Shown here in pieces: positions 23,801-42,033 of a stretch of 64,000 bases of DNA. The DNA is taken from NCBI GenBank assembly GCA_043228905.1, contig JBHGNT010000008.1:4526001-4590000 (forward strand), read 5' to 3'. Each line of letters opens with the position of its first letter. Position 1 is the first letter of the stretch. The position numbers and the translations under genes were made by a program. Source of the DNA: Azolla caroliniana. Taxonomy: Eukaryota > Plantae > Polypodiophyta. A model generated the notes under the pieces. It saw only the letters and a list, made by a program, of their open reading frames with translations. It was not told the DNA's origin and did not search any database.

Positions 23801-24163
23801 ACTCCCTCATCACTACATAAGGATGGGGAGCACAATGTAATAGGTGTGTGAAAAATATTTGGGAAATTGGATATATTTCCTAAAACACCAATTAATATAA
23901 TCGTGGGATTCACGAAAATAATATAATCTATACTTGTGGGATTCACAAGTTTCTTATATCTTTCTTTCAATGTAAATACATATTCTTATCTAAATATTGA
24001 TTAATCGAATACAATACACTCGTGGGATTCACGAAATTTCTATCTCTCTTTCTAATAATCTATTCATTACTAGCCTCATCTCATATTCTTCTTTCTCCTA
24101 GTCCAAAACCTCGGCGGTTCCCACCCGACTCACGCAAACGATCCGGAGCCGAAAGGCACGACA
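20862..24163 (+). mobile_element. young non-autonomous gag-only gypsy derivative C (TR-GAG-like)
   Basis: 771-bp LTRs at 20862-21632 and 23393-24163 are nearly identical (one substitution noticed). TSD ACGT; Trp PBS 21637-21654; PPT GGAGGGGGCGAG at 23381-23392. No PR/RT/RH/INT. Confidence 0.92.
21671..23458 (+). CDS. gag N-terminal domain fused in frame to a repetitive unknown tail; one internal TGA at 22187-22189
   Basis: NGQFDGKDVSRYLRDYKMEM is homologous to gag of B (NGCFDGRDVTRYLETYKTEM). ORFs 21491-22189 and 22235-23458 are in the same frame. 24-nt repeats encode (K/T)HALRxxx. Confidence 0.6.
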
Positions 24164-24518
24164 ACGTCTTTCGGGTCGGGTCGGTTTTCTTGTGCTCCTT
24201 TGATGTAACCCCAATAGCCTTGGTCGACAAGGTATTGGTGCATCTTGTACTCCCAAGATGCGAAGTTGTTTCGGTCCAACTTCTCGCTAGGGAGAGCACT
24301 CCCCATTTGAGTATTCATTGTCGATTAAGCTTCCTTTCTTCTTTTCCTTTTCTCTCGAACATGAGCTATGTAGTGGTACTATGATAGCGATGAGATGGTT
24401 CTTCTTGAAGGTTGACGTAGAGCACAACACATGATCATGATGAGGCGAGTGGGCTAGATTGAGCTACCAAATCGCTCAGATACCATGTAAAGAATCGATG
24501 GTGATTCTTGTGCAGCGG

Positions 24519-25816
24519 TGTCGTGTGGTTTTTCACACACAATATGAAAATTAGTAAAATAATTATTGACTATTAGCTTAATATATTGATATGGAAAGAT
24601 AGATGTGTTCAAGAGCTTCATAGCATATTTTACTATGCATAAAATGGATAAACAAGTATCAAGTTATGTGAGTGTGAAGTTTGAAGAAAAGAAAAGAAAA
24701 GACAAAATTGTGAGATATCCCACATACATAGGACAACATTGGAACCCAGAATATATAAGGGAAACCAAAACATATTCATTCTATCAATGTAAGGAGCACA
24801 AAATTTTCAACGTGACTTGGGCTACACTATGTGGTGTGCACGCTTTGGGCATACGTGTGTATGCACCACTGTGTTAACGCTTTGGGCATATGCGTGTGTG
24901 CATGGCCGCGTGGATGTTTTCGGACGCACGCGCGCATGGACGTCTTCGGATGTACGCGCATGTGAAGGTTTCGGATGAGCGCGCGGATGCGTGTGTGCGC
25001 ACGTGCGCGTGCGTGGATGCGTACACTACTGCGCGGTCGGCACACGCGCATGTGTGGATGCATACACTACGGCGCGGTCGAGACTTTTGCGCGCGGATGC
25101 GTACACGGTGCGGGTTGGACGCGCAAGCGAGTGGATGCGTACACTACGCGATCGGGACTTTTGCGCGCAGACGCTTCTACGGTTTGGTAGCGACGCACGT
25201 ACAGATTGCACACGGGCTAAACTTTATGGATGATTGTGTCATTTGGCCGAATTATACGGACAATCGCATGCAACCAAAAGCCAAGGCCATGCAACTAAAA
25301 GTAAAAGGCATGCATCTAAAAAAGGAAGCATGCAACTAAAAATAGAGGCCATCCAACTAACAGTGGGCATGCAAAGTAACATTGGGGGGGAAGGATCAAC
25401 AAGGAGCTCGAGATACGTCTCATTTTTTCCCTCCTAGTTTTTTTTTCTTCCTTCTTCTTCCCTCTCGGCTTTGAGAAACAAATTATCTCACATATTGATA
25501 TCAAACTCCTAGCTTTGTTTACTGGAGCTTTCTTGTCAAAAATTATCTCTCGTATTCATATTTGACCACTCCTTGCATGGTTGTTGGCTCCTTTCTTTGA
25601 AAAATTAATCTCTCATTTCCATACCCAGCTCATTGTAACATGATTCTGAAATTATAAAGAATCGATTTTCTTTTGCAATAAACTAATGATTTGTCTCTTC
25701 CACTTGTCTTATGCTTAAAACTTGCTTGTGTTGTACGTGTTGCACTAAATCCTTCTAGTCCAGAACCTCAGCGGTTCCGTCTCACGATCCGCACATAGTG
25801 ACGGATTTTCACGACA
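24519..25816 (+). repeat. gypsy solo LTR D (same family as element J LTR), with CpG-rich tandem repeats
   Basis: TGTCGTGTGG...TCACGACA; flanks GCGG/GTGG; reverse-complement homolog of 53501-54982. Confidence 0.87.
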
Positions 25817-26912
25817 GTGGAATAGATGTGTCCAATGAGGCTATATTTGTAGATAGCCCTAAGTTCATATAAGTATAAATATGACTAAGGGTAATCACTT
25901 TAGGTGTGTGGTTATAGTGTTGTAAGAGTTGTTGTAACTGTTGCACAGAGAACGACAGAGAGAGAGGGAGGGAGAGAGAGATACAGAGCGATACTCTGTT
26001 GTAACCACCATTGGGCAAAGAAACAGAGCTTGAGGTCGTTGCCTTCCAGTGTCTGATTATACCCCTTCTCCTCATAGTGATAGTTTGGAGTCCGTGGGCT
26101 CTAGTGGTTTTTCCCTATTAGGGTTTCCCACGTAAACATCCTTTGTCATTTTCTTGTGTACTCTCCATTTCCCATTTCTATGTTTGATTCTCATAGAAGT
26201 GATTCACTACTCCATTGTGGCCGAGCAATATTCCGCGCTATTCTCCGCAAACTGGTATCAGAGCCAACAACATAGGAAATGGAAGAATCATTCGACGGCA
26301 TGTTCAAGCTCACCGGCTCCAACTTTTCAGTGTGGAAGTCGAAGATGAGGGACATGCTGGTGGTTAAAGATCTTTGGTTGCCGGTTCAGTTCGGGGACAA
26401 GAGACCGTATAAGATCGACGCCACAGTGTGGGAGGTGATGCACATGAAGACAATGGCATACATCCAGTGCTTCATCGACATGAGCCTGTACAACAACTTC
26501 AATGAAGAGCGCAAGGCTCATGAACTCTAGGAGAAGATCGGCATCATGTTCCATAACAAGAATGCTATTAATCGAGTTTCGGTATTCCGGAAGCTAGTGA
26601 GGCTCCGGTACCAGGACGGCTCCCGTATGGCAGAACCCATGAATGCTTTCCAAGGACTGATCCATCAGGCAACCTTGCTGAATGTGCCTCTTGCCGATGA
26701 GGTACTGGCATTGATCCTGCTCGGTTGCCTCCCGGATAGTTGGGAGACGTTAGTTGTCACGTTGGGCAACGCTAGGACGGAAGGAAAAAAATTGTCCCTA
26801 GCAAGGGTAAAATCAAGCTTGCTAGATGAAGAAGCTCGCCGGAAGGACTGGGAGTCCGGAATCGATCCGAAGGCCATGGTCACGGAAGATGACCACAACT
26901 GGGGAAGAGGCT

Positions 26913-31838
<4,926 letters not shown>

Positions 31839-32626
31839 AGGCTGGTATCGGAGTCCCCAAAACGGGGACAAGTTGGGGACGAGGTCGAAGTCAAGGGGGA
31901 GGCCCATTTGCTTCTACTATGGGAAGTCGGGACACTTCCAGAAGAACTGTCGGCATTTCTGGAAAGAGAAGGAAACCGGCACAACCGATTCGAAGAAGAG
32001 TTCAGACCGAAGAGGCCCGGATCAGAAAGGAAGATCGGCGATCGCGACAAGTGAAGAGGAACTGATGCTCATTACCAAAGAGAATCAGTGAAACCTTGTC
32101 GACGAGGAGACAATGTGGGTTGTCGACTCTGGAGCGTCGTTCCACCTGACACCGGATCGGAAATGCTTCTCATCCTACACAACAGGTGATCACGGGTGTG
32201 TCCGGATGGGGATTGAAGGCACATGCCAAATTGTCGGCATAGGAGATGTGTTGTTGATGACATCAACCAAATGCAAATTGTTGCTGAAGGATGTCCGACA
32301 CGTTCCAGAGGTTCAACTGGTGGCTAGATGGGTAGCATCTGGAATGGAGTCATGAAGTTCTGCAAAGGGAGCCTGATAGTGGCTTGAGCCCAGAAGGTCA
32401 ACACATTGTACTCGATGAATGCCTGGATATGCCGGGAAGAAGTGAACGTAGCATCCAACATTGCTAGTGAGCTATGGCACAAATGACTGTGTCACATAAG
32501 TGAGAAGGGGATGAAGAGACTTGCCGAAGACAATCTCATTTCGGTAGTGCACTGATTGTCTTGCTGGCAAGCAAAACCGAACCTCCTTCCTGTCAAGACC
32601 ACCGATGAGACAGAATGCACCACCGG

Positions 32627-35600
32627 TGTCGTGGAGAAAATCGTCCCTAGGCGGAATCAGAGAATAATGTGCACGAATTGACCCTTAGACGTGGACACAA
32701 GTTTGTTGTAATGTATATATTTAGGTACAAGTCGGCTGATGCGAATATCCTAGGTAGCACACATTTGTTAAGTAGAAAATTGAGGCATATCTCTGTCCGA
32801 AAGGACAGAGAATAAAGATGATGTAACGGGTTGTAACGGCCTCCCTCCTTGGGCTATAAAAGAGAGGGAGAGGAATCGTAATGGGGATCGCTTTTGTAGA
32901 GCACGAAGTGCTGTTTGACTGGGACCGAGCTCTTCTCCTCCGTCTTTCTCTGTATTTGTGTTGTGCAGGTTTTTGGGAGGCTGATTCTGCTCCGCGGAAT
33001 GCCCGAGTGCTTCCGGTAGACTCTCCATCTCGCGTCTGTGTGCATGTGTGAGTGTGTGCGTGTAGGCGTCAGAGCTTATCGCTCACCGGCCCGCTGCTTG
33101 TACCCCTTTCATCTGATATATATATATATATATACATACACACATTTATCTTGTTCAATCAGTTGCGGTTTGTGTGTATTTGTGTGTGTGTGAAGCACGA
33201 CCGTTGTCTTTCTTGCTCCCCTCCTACTCCCTTGTCTCGGTCCAAGACCCTCGTGGTCCCACCTCGTTCTACACGCATGCATGTAATAACGCAACATATT
33301 TGGTGAACCCGACGTGAAAGGCGGCAGAGGAATAGAAAGATGAGGGGATTAGAGCTTGTAGAAGCCATGGCTTCAGCTGTGGATTGGATAGTGAGTGCGC
33401 GCGAAGGCACAGGTGCCCTTGATAGGGCCATTGAAGCGATCGTCGGCACGATAGGCTGGCTCGGTGGAAAGGACGCCACGAGTTATTTGGAGGCCTACCG
33501 AGCCGAAATGGTGATGAGGGACATTCCGGAGGACAGATGACTGGCCGTATTCCCTCGGGTGGCAATGCCGAACTCCCATGCGGAGGTGCTCGAGGTACGG
33601 GCTGAGAGCCGGACCCGGGAAGAGTTTGAAGGTTGGCTCCTTGAGAAATACGGGCTTTATGACATGCTTTGGCTATCGAAGCAGGACTTCATGGAATGGG
33701 TGGAGACCCCCGAAAAGGGGAGAAATGCGTCGGTGCTCCTCTGGGAGTTTGAAGAACGCTTCGCGCGTCTTTCGGCACTGGACCGGACCGTACTGGACAC
33801 AAGTCGTGTCCTATTGTTCGTTAAATCGGTCGAGACCGACGATGGGCTGACGGCCGACTAGGCCGTGGTGAAGAGAGTCTACGGTTGTTTCGACAAATGA
33901 AGAGATTGGGTCAATAAAGGCTCGGCGGGGGCAGGCTCTGTTGTGGCAAGGAAGCTCAAGGTACCCCCACCGGCGTGAAGGGAGGAGACCCGAGATTGGC
34001 TTGAGACCGGCTCAACTTTGACCAGTGTGGTCAAGGGCCCATTCGGAGGTGCGGCTCTGGAGGAGTTGACTTGGATGGTGAGGGACCTCCAGATTGTACA
34101 GGCACGGATGGACAACGGCGAACAAGCCCGCGACCGAAGGCCTGCGGCCGGGCATCGATGCTTGTGGTGCGACGCGGTCAGCCACGTCCGGAAGGACTGC
34201 GGGGATTTTGTAGAAGTGATAAGGTCTAACGTGGTGTACCTGTGGAATGGGCGTGTGCTCACTAGCGAAACTAGGAGGGACCTGGAACTGAACGTTGGAC
34301 GAGGGTGAATGAAGTGGTGGCTTGCCACGTGGAGACTGTCCACTACTCGGCATCGGCTGGAATCCGGGTCGGGAGCGACGAAGTCCGGAAGACGAAGGAC
34401 TCCGGGTTGTAACCGTTGATGCGAGAAGGCCTCACCGGCATACGACTGAGGAAAGAGGAAGCGGACCGCACAGAAAGACGGGTCCGGAAGGTAACTGGGT
34501 GGAGTGACCCGGTCGAAGAAAAGACGAGCTTCGTAGAAGCCGCATGCCAGAACTACGAGGTTTTGATGGAAGAGAAGCGTGCGGGAAAAACCGGAGGGGC
34601 TGGACCCTCACAATGGTATGAGACCCGGTTCAGACTGAGGCAGAATGATGCCGGTGCTCCTGGCGCACCGGATAAAGCCAAGAAGGCCAGTTACCGGTTG
34701 AGCACAGAGATCGAAAGCACCATAGACCTACGAAAGGTCCTGGAGGAACGGATCCTCGATAGCAAAGTGGAGCTCTCGTTGAGGGAAGTGCTCGGGATTG
34801 CCAAGCAGGAGTTCCATGACTCCATCGTAGACTTGGTGAAGCGGAAAAGGCATTTGACGGAGCCGGAGCCGAAGAAGCCGGTGGAGGTGCGAACGACGCA
34901 CCTAGAAGACATGGCCCTGGAAGACGAGTTGGCGGAAAGCCACTATTTGAGGTTACATTGGGCTAGAGCCACTACGGGACCCCCTTTAAGATCGGAGATG
35001 TCCAGGAGCCCGTGGTGGCATTGGTAGACCACGGTTCGGAAAGCAACTTGATGTCCATGGACTTCTACAAGAAGGGCAAGTGACCGATCAACACCAAGCA
35101 TGGGTGGAAAATACGAGCGGTGACGCACGCCACGGAGGAGCTACACGGAGCTTGCCCAAATGTATGAGCGAAAATCGGTGATGTTGAGATCGATCAACAA
35201 TTCTTTGTGCAGGAGACATCCTCGCATCTGGTGATAATTGGGGAACCGTACATCACAGCGGCACGAATGGAGACGAAGGTGTTGGACAACGGTTTGGCGT
35301 ACGCGTGAGTCAACAGCCAGGACGAGCGACACTCCGTTCAGTTTCTGACGGTACGACCAAACCACAAACGTAACCGAGAAACCCAATGGGATTTTTAGAG
35401 AGGGCTATCAAGGCATGGGGACGCAATAGTCCGGACACTCTGGAAAAACCCGACACGTGTACAGTAGGCAGAAGAACCTGTAACATAGATGGGAAGTTTT
35501 GGTTCTCCGGCAGTGGAGGTTGTACGATAGTCGGCGTTGTTGGCCGGGAGAAGAAGCAGGCAGAAGAGTGACTTAGGGCTTGCGGAGTCCTCGGCCTTAG

Positions 35601-38530
35601 AGAGGAAATCAACGGAGCCATGGAGGCAGTCTCTTTCGACGACACCTTGGGGAAGCTATGGGAGGTGTTCGGAGAGGGCCTTAGTGAAGACTGGATGATT
35701 CCGGTATGTACGGAAAAGATGTACAAAGTCATCGCCGACTTTGGTAGAGGACTCGAGTCGGATCGGACGGCCCGAGTGGATACGAAGTACAAGACTGTGG
35801 ACCGGAAGGTGAGGCCAGTCGTGGCACCCTTGCCGGGGGGCAGCGAGATACGGATGAAAGGGGTCGCGTCGGACCCAAGTTTACGAGATCTGGCCGACAT
35901 AGGACACCGGTTCACCGACATAACAGTACGAGGGCTCAAGGTCGGTGGAGGTGGCTTTCTACTACCGGCGGAGGAGAGAACCGGTTTCGGAGAATGCTCG
36001 GGAGGCACGGAAAGGCCTTCGCATTCTCACCAGAGGAGATCAGATGCGTAGACCCGACGATTGTGGAGCCGATGGTGATCTTCACGGTACCGCATGTACC
36101 GTGGAATCTCAAACTGATTCCAGGACCCAAAGCTCACATCCCGAAACTGATGGAGCTGCTGAAACAGAAGGTGGATATGGGCATCCTCGAACCATCGAGT
36201 GCCCCGTATTCTAATTAGTGGTTTACCGTGCCCAAGAAGAATGGCACGATGCGCTTCATTTAGGACCTGCAACTGGTCAACAAGGTGACCATTCAGAATG
36301 CAGGAATCGGACCGACCATAGACGAGTTCGCGGACGCCTTCGCCGGAAGGTCAATTTACTCGGTTGATGATCTGTACTCGGGATACGATCAGTTCCAGCT
36401 AACCGTGGAGAGTAGGGACATTACGACGATGCGGACTCCCCTCAGCCTAGTACGGATGTGTAACCGTCCGCAAGGAGGGACAAACTCGGTAGCCCACATG
36501 GTGAATGCAATGAACAAGGTGCTAAGGGATTGTATCCCGGACGTCACCATGCCATTCTTGGACGACATCCCAATCAAAGGAAGCCCGGTGGAGGATAAGG
36601 ATGAGACAATTGGACCGGATGGATGCCGGAAATTCATGGCAGACCACGTTGATGACAGCGAGAAGGTGCTGCAAAGACTAGAAGGCGCGAGGCTCACCTT
36701 CTTCGAGGAAAAATCGGCCTTCGGGCAATCGGAGATCATGGTCGTTGGACACCTATGCGGGCCATTTGGTCGGAAACCGTCGCCGGCCAAGGTAGAGGCC
36801 ATCTCCGCAATGAAGCGCGACTGCAATTCGATCACGGAAGTCCGGAGATTCTTGGGAGCATGCGCGTTCTACCATATCTGGATCCCGCATTATGCCCATG
36901 TTGCAGAGCCGCTCTATGGATTGCTGAAGAAAGGGCATAAATTCGAGTGGAGAGAGGAGCATACGGAGTCGGTCCGAAAAATGAAAGAAGCACTTGCTGC
37001 GGCGCCAACACTCCAGAAAGCGGTCTACGGTAAAGACATTCCAATTTACGTGACCGTAGACAGGAGTCCGACCGGGATCGGATGGGTGATCAACTAGGAG
37101 GATGATAATGGCACGAGGTTCCTCGTCCAGTTCGGCGCGAAAGTCCTCAGTGAACGACAGTGAGGGTATGCCCAGGTTAAACGCGAACTCTGGGGTATCG
37201 TTTCGGCAATCAAGGTTGACAAAGACCACTTGATCGGGACAGAGGTGATAATTGAGACGGACTGCCTGCCAATTCTCGATATGGTTTCTGGATGCGCGAC
37301 GCTGGACCTGGCAATGCTTAGGTGGATAGCATACATCAAGTCCTTGAATCCGGAAATACGACACATTTTCGGAAAGGACAACGCCATGGCGGACATGCTT
37401 TTGAGGGCGAGATTCGATGATGAGGACAACATGATTTCGGAGGACGAAGAAGTCGGCGTGAACTTCTTCGAGACGGCTTATGTAACAACAAGGAAGGGGA
37501 GCGCTCCGGCGCTTAACGAGTTCGATGAGAGCAAGTACGATGGGGAGTGGTTCCAGATCGGCGGGTTCCTAAAGACAATGACACCAGACGCGGCGTGGAC
37601 GAAGGAAGAGACCAACCGGATTTGGAAGAAAGCATACCAATTCTTCCTACGGGATGCGTGCATATGGAAGCACCCGAAGAAGAGAAATGACATCCCGCTC
37701 CGGGTTGTGGCGAAGAAAGAGGAACAAGTGGAACTGTTGACGGCGTACCACGAGAGTCCCTGGGCCGGACATTGCGGGATGTGGGCCACATTCGAGAAGC
37801 TGAAGGGGAAGTACTGGTGGCCGGAACTATATCGGGATGTGCATCGATCCATGACGACTTGTGAAAGCTGTCAGATGCACTCCATAGTCTGACATCAGGA
37901 CGAGCTCCACTCTACCTACCCTCCGACCGTCCACTTCAAGTGGATGGTGGATCTGGTGACGATCCAGATGGGGGTAGGGCAGATGCGATATCTGGTGCTG
38001 GCTCGAGAGGACCTGACGAACCAGGTGGAAGGCCGAGCTGTGCCGAACAAAACGACCGCGGCTGTGTGCCGGTTTCTGATCGAGGAAGTGGTATGTTGGT
38101 ACGGGTGCGTAGGAAAGATCGTAGCCAACAACGGTACAGGTTCTGGTACGAAGTGCTGTTGGATTGGGACCAAGCTCTTCTCCTCCGTCTTTCTCTGTAT
38201 TTGTGCTGTGCAGGTTTTCGGGAGGCTGATTTTGCTCCGTGGAACGCCCGAGTACTTCCGGCAGAGTCTCCATCTCGCGTCTATGTGCGTGTGTGAGTGT
38301 GTGCGTGTAGGCATCAGAGCTTGTTGCTCACCGGCCCGCTGGTTGTAACCCCTTTCATCTGATATATATATATATACATACACACGTTTATCTTGTTCAA
38401 TCGGTTGCGGTTTGTGTGTGTGTGAAGCACGACCGTTGTCTTTCTTGCTCCCCTCCTGCTCCCTTGTTCCTCGGTCCAAGACCCCCGTGATCCCGCCTCG
38501 TTCTACATGCATGCGCATAATAATGCGACA
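32627..38530 (+). mobile_element. Ty3/gypsy element G, tRNA-Trp primed, degenerate, with a 3' internal deletion
   Basis: 5' LTR 32627-33296; PBS 33301-33318; gag-PR to TAG at 35396-35398; pol (PFLDDIPIKG, RH, INT) to ~38130; partial 3' LTR ~38145-38530; flanks CCGG/CTAG. Confidence 0.88.
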
Positions 38531-40741
38531 CTAGCTGAAGAAGAGCCTATATGGACTGAAGCAAGCTTCCCGGCAATCATACCAGAAGTTCGACTCCTTC
38601 ATGACCGACCAAGGGTACCACAAGACGCAGGCCGATCACTGCGTGTTTGTGAAAAATTTCGACGGAGGAGATTTCTTAATACTCCTCCTATATGTGGATG
38701 ATATGTTGATCATCAGACAAGACCAAGGCAAGATCAGGATGCTGAAGAAGCCTCTGAACTGGACCTTCTCAATGAAAGACTTGGGTCTGGCAAGACAGAT
38801 ATTGGGAATGCACATCATCCGGGACCGGTCGAAGAAGCTCTTGTGGTTGTCACAGGAGAAGTATGTGACAAAGGTGCTTCAAAGGTTCAACATGTCGGAT
38901 GTGAAACCAGTTGGATCGACACTTACGGCAAATTACAAGCTATCCGGGAAACAAAGCTCGAGGACAAAGGTGGAGAAGACAGATATGATGAAGATACCAT
39001 ATGCTTCTGCCATTGGGATCTTGATGTACGTGATGGTATGTACCCAGCCGAATATCAGATATGCAGTCGGAGTGGTGAGCCGGTTCATGAGCAATCCCGA
39101 CAAAGAGCATTGGAACGCGGTCAAGTGGAGACTTTGGTATCTGAAAGGCACTACGAGTATGTGTCTCCGATTCAGTTCCAGTAATCCCCAACTTGACGGA
39201 TTCACGGATTCAGATATGTTGGCTGATGCAGATACCAACCGGTCTACATCCGGATATGTCAAGACCTATGCAGGGAGAGCTGTTTCCTGGTAGTTGAGGT
39301 TGCAGAAGACGGTTGCATTGTCAACCACGGAGGCGGAGTACATGGAAGCTATAGAAGCCAGTAAGGAGATAATCTGGATGAAGGACTTCATCGGAGAGCT
39401 AGGGATCCAACAGGAGGAATACTGGCTCTACTGCGATAGTCAAAGTGCCATCCACCTTGCAAAGAACGCGGCCTACCATTCCCGGATGAAACATATCCAA
39501 CAAAGGTACCACTGGATCCACGAGAGAGTAGAAGATCAAGAGTTCGTGTTGACGAAGATCCACACGAAGGAGAACGGGTCGGACATGTTGACGAAGGTGC
39601 TAACAACCGACAAGCTGGATGCGTGTCGAAAGTGAATCGGGCTGACGAGACATCCCATGCCGGAGTGAAGGGGGAGATTGTTGGGAAATCGGTCCCTCCG
39701 GATGGGATCCGACTATGAATGGAGAAGAACCAGTGAGAACCGGAAGAGATCCATAAACCGGATCGGTGGACCTGGTGAGAACCGGAAGTGAAGACAGATT
39801 TGTAAATATGTCTTGATGAAGCCCAATGAGGCTATATTTGTAAATAGCCCTAAGTTGATATAAGTATAACTATGACTTAGGGAAATCACTTTAGGCGTGT
39901 GGTTATAGTGTTGTAAGAGTTGTTGTAACTGTTGTACAGAGAGAGAGGGAGAGAGAGATGTAGAGTGATACTCTGTTGTAACTACTGTTGGGCGAAGAAA
40001 TAGAGCTTGAGGTTGTTGCCTTCGAGTCTTTGATTGTACCCCTTCTCCTCATAGTGATAGTTTGGAGTCTGTGGGCTCCCGTGGTTTTTCCCTATTAGGG
40101 TTTCCAACGTAAACATCCTATGTCATTTTCTTGTGTACTCTCCACTTCCCATTTCTGTGTTTGATTCTCATAGAAGCGATTCACTATGCGGTTGTGGCCG
40201 AGCGATATTCCGCGCTATTCTCCGCATATATTTCACAAGTAGAATAGAGATACAAAACTATAGCATTACAAGGAGTCACAACCGACTTAGTTTGAAGTGT
40301 GAGGAGGGTGCTTTATATATAGTCACCCTCTCTCTTCATTAACTAACTACAACAACCACTCTCTCTTGGGGAATGTGAGGACTCATAATCATGGGGAATA
40401 TGTAACTCATTAGTTATGTGTCATATAATATGATTCTATGACACATAGTTTAATGTGTAGAGAGTGGTATGACTCTTGACCTTTGAGTGCACATAGATTC
40501 TCAAAGGTGTGTCCACACGTTGTACTATGTTGAGCTTGATTCTCAACACTTTCACAACATACCTTCGACAGAAAGGAATCCGACGGGAGTTTACTTGCCG
40601 ACACACACCTTAGTAGAACGGAGTGGCCGAATGAAAGAACCGACATATACTCAAGGTGGAAAGGGAAATGATGAATGAGAAACATCTGCCAAAATCATAC
40701 TGGGATGAAGCGGCAAACATAGGCGTCTATCTAATTAATCA

Positions 40742-40807
40742 TGTAAAGAATCAAGAGATGGATTCTTGTGAAGCGGAATAGGTGTGAACTGTGTGTGTGT
40801 GTGTGTG

Positions 40808-40845
<38 letters not shown>

Positions 40846-41140
40846 ACACAGAGAATACGCAAGGTAAAAGTATATTGACAAAGGAGAAAGACACGACATT
40901 ATACAAGGTGGGAGGAGGGTGGTTTATGTAGTCACCTTCTCTCTTCATTAACTATAAGACTCATGGAGCATGGGGAATGTGACAGCTCATAAGTTACGTG
41001 TCATAGAATATGATTCTATGACTCATACTAAATGCTAGAATACAAAGTGGTGACATAATGGTGACTCTTGACTGTTGGAGTGTCTCTTCACTCTCAAGGT
41101 GAGTTCACACACTAGACCAAGTTGAGCTTGATTCTCAACA
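40742..41140 (-). repeat. copia solo LTR
   Basis: TGTAAAG...TCTCAACA; 5-bp TSD AATCA; similar to the copia A LTR. Confidence 0.87.
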
Positions 41141-41545
41141 AATCACTACACAACATCCGGAGTGCACGGTATTACCCCCCACAAGAAGTTCTATGGAAAG
41201 AAGCTAGACTTTTCCCAGGCCAAGATATTCGTCTCTATCCCATTCGTACACATTCCCGATGAAAAACGACAAAAGCTCAATCCAAAATCGGAGAAGTGTA
41301 TCCTCGTCGGGTACTCGCTCGAACAAAAGGGGTATAAGTGCTTCAACCCCTCTACCAAGAAGGTACAATTGAGTAAGAATGTTGTATTTGATGAATCGAC
41401 ATCCTGATACACAATAGACTCAACTCCATCCGATCCGATTGAAACTGATTTCGACATAAACTCGGAGAAGTAGGATCGACTAAGGCTCACAACAACGGAA
41501 AGTCCAATCACAACCAAGATGAGTGGACCACCGGAGCCTCAAAGT

Positions 41546-42033
41546 TGTCACAGACATGACGAGCAACTATGTCATGATTCGAACTCTTGACCTTTTATAT
41601 TATAGTCAAGTGTTATATTGTAACCAACACATTGAAGTACATGGTCGTGTTATGTATATCTTCGTAGATTATCTATTCACATTATGGGAGTTTTTAGAAA
41701 GTTCTAGAACTAGACGGTTCTAGAGGGTTCTAGAATATTCTCCAAAATATTCTCTAGAATATTCTAATGCATATACTTTAACTCACAACATAAATGGTTG
41801 TAACCTCCTTAGTCCCTTTCAAGGGATTCAACACCAGTCATTGACACATCAATCTAGTATTCTCATTTCGCCTCATCTTTTTCTTCTTGATCTTTATTTC
41901 TGTCTTCATGCCCTCATGTCACTCACAACATCTAGAGTTCCTAGCCTCGTCACATCTAGCTCCAAGTTCATCCGTCGCTCGTAGCCCCGTCATCTGTGCT
42001 CCGTCCTAGTCCGCACTTGGTGTGTCCGTGACA
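41546..42033 (+). repeat. probable solo LTR with TTCTAGAA clusters
   Basis: TGTCACAGACA...TGTCCGTGACA inverted termini interrupting copia H (EPQS|DQST). The flanks do not form a clean TSD. Confidence 0.65.
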
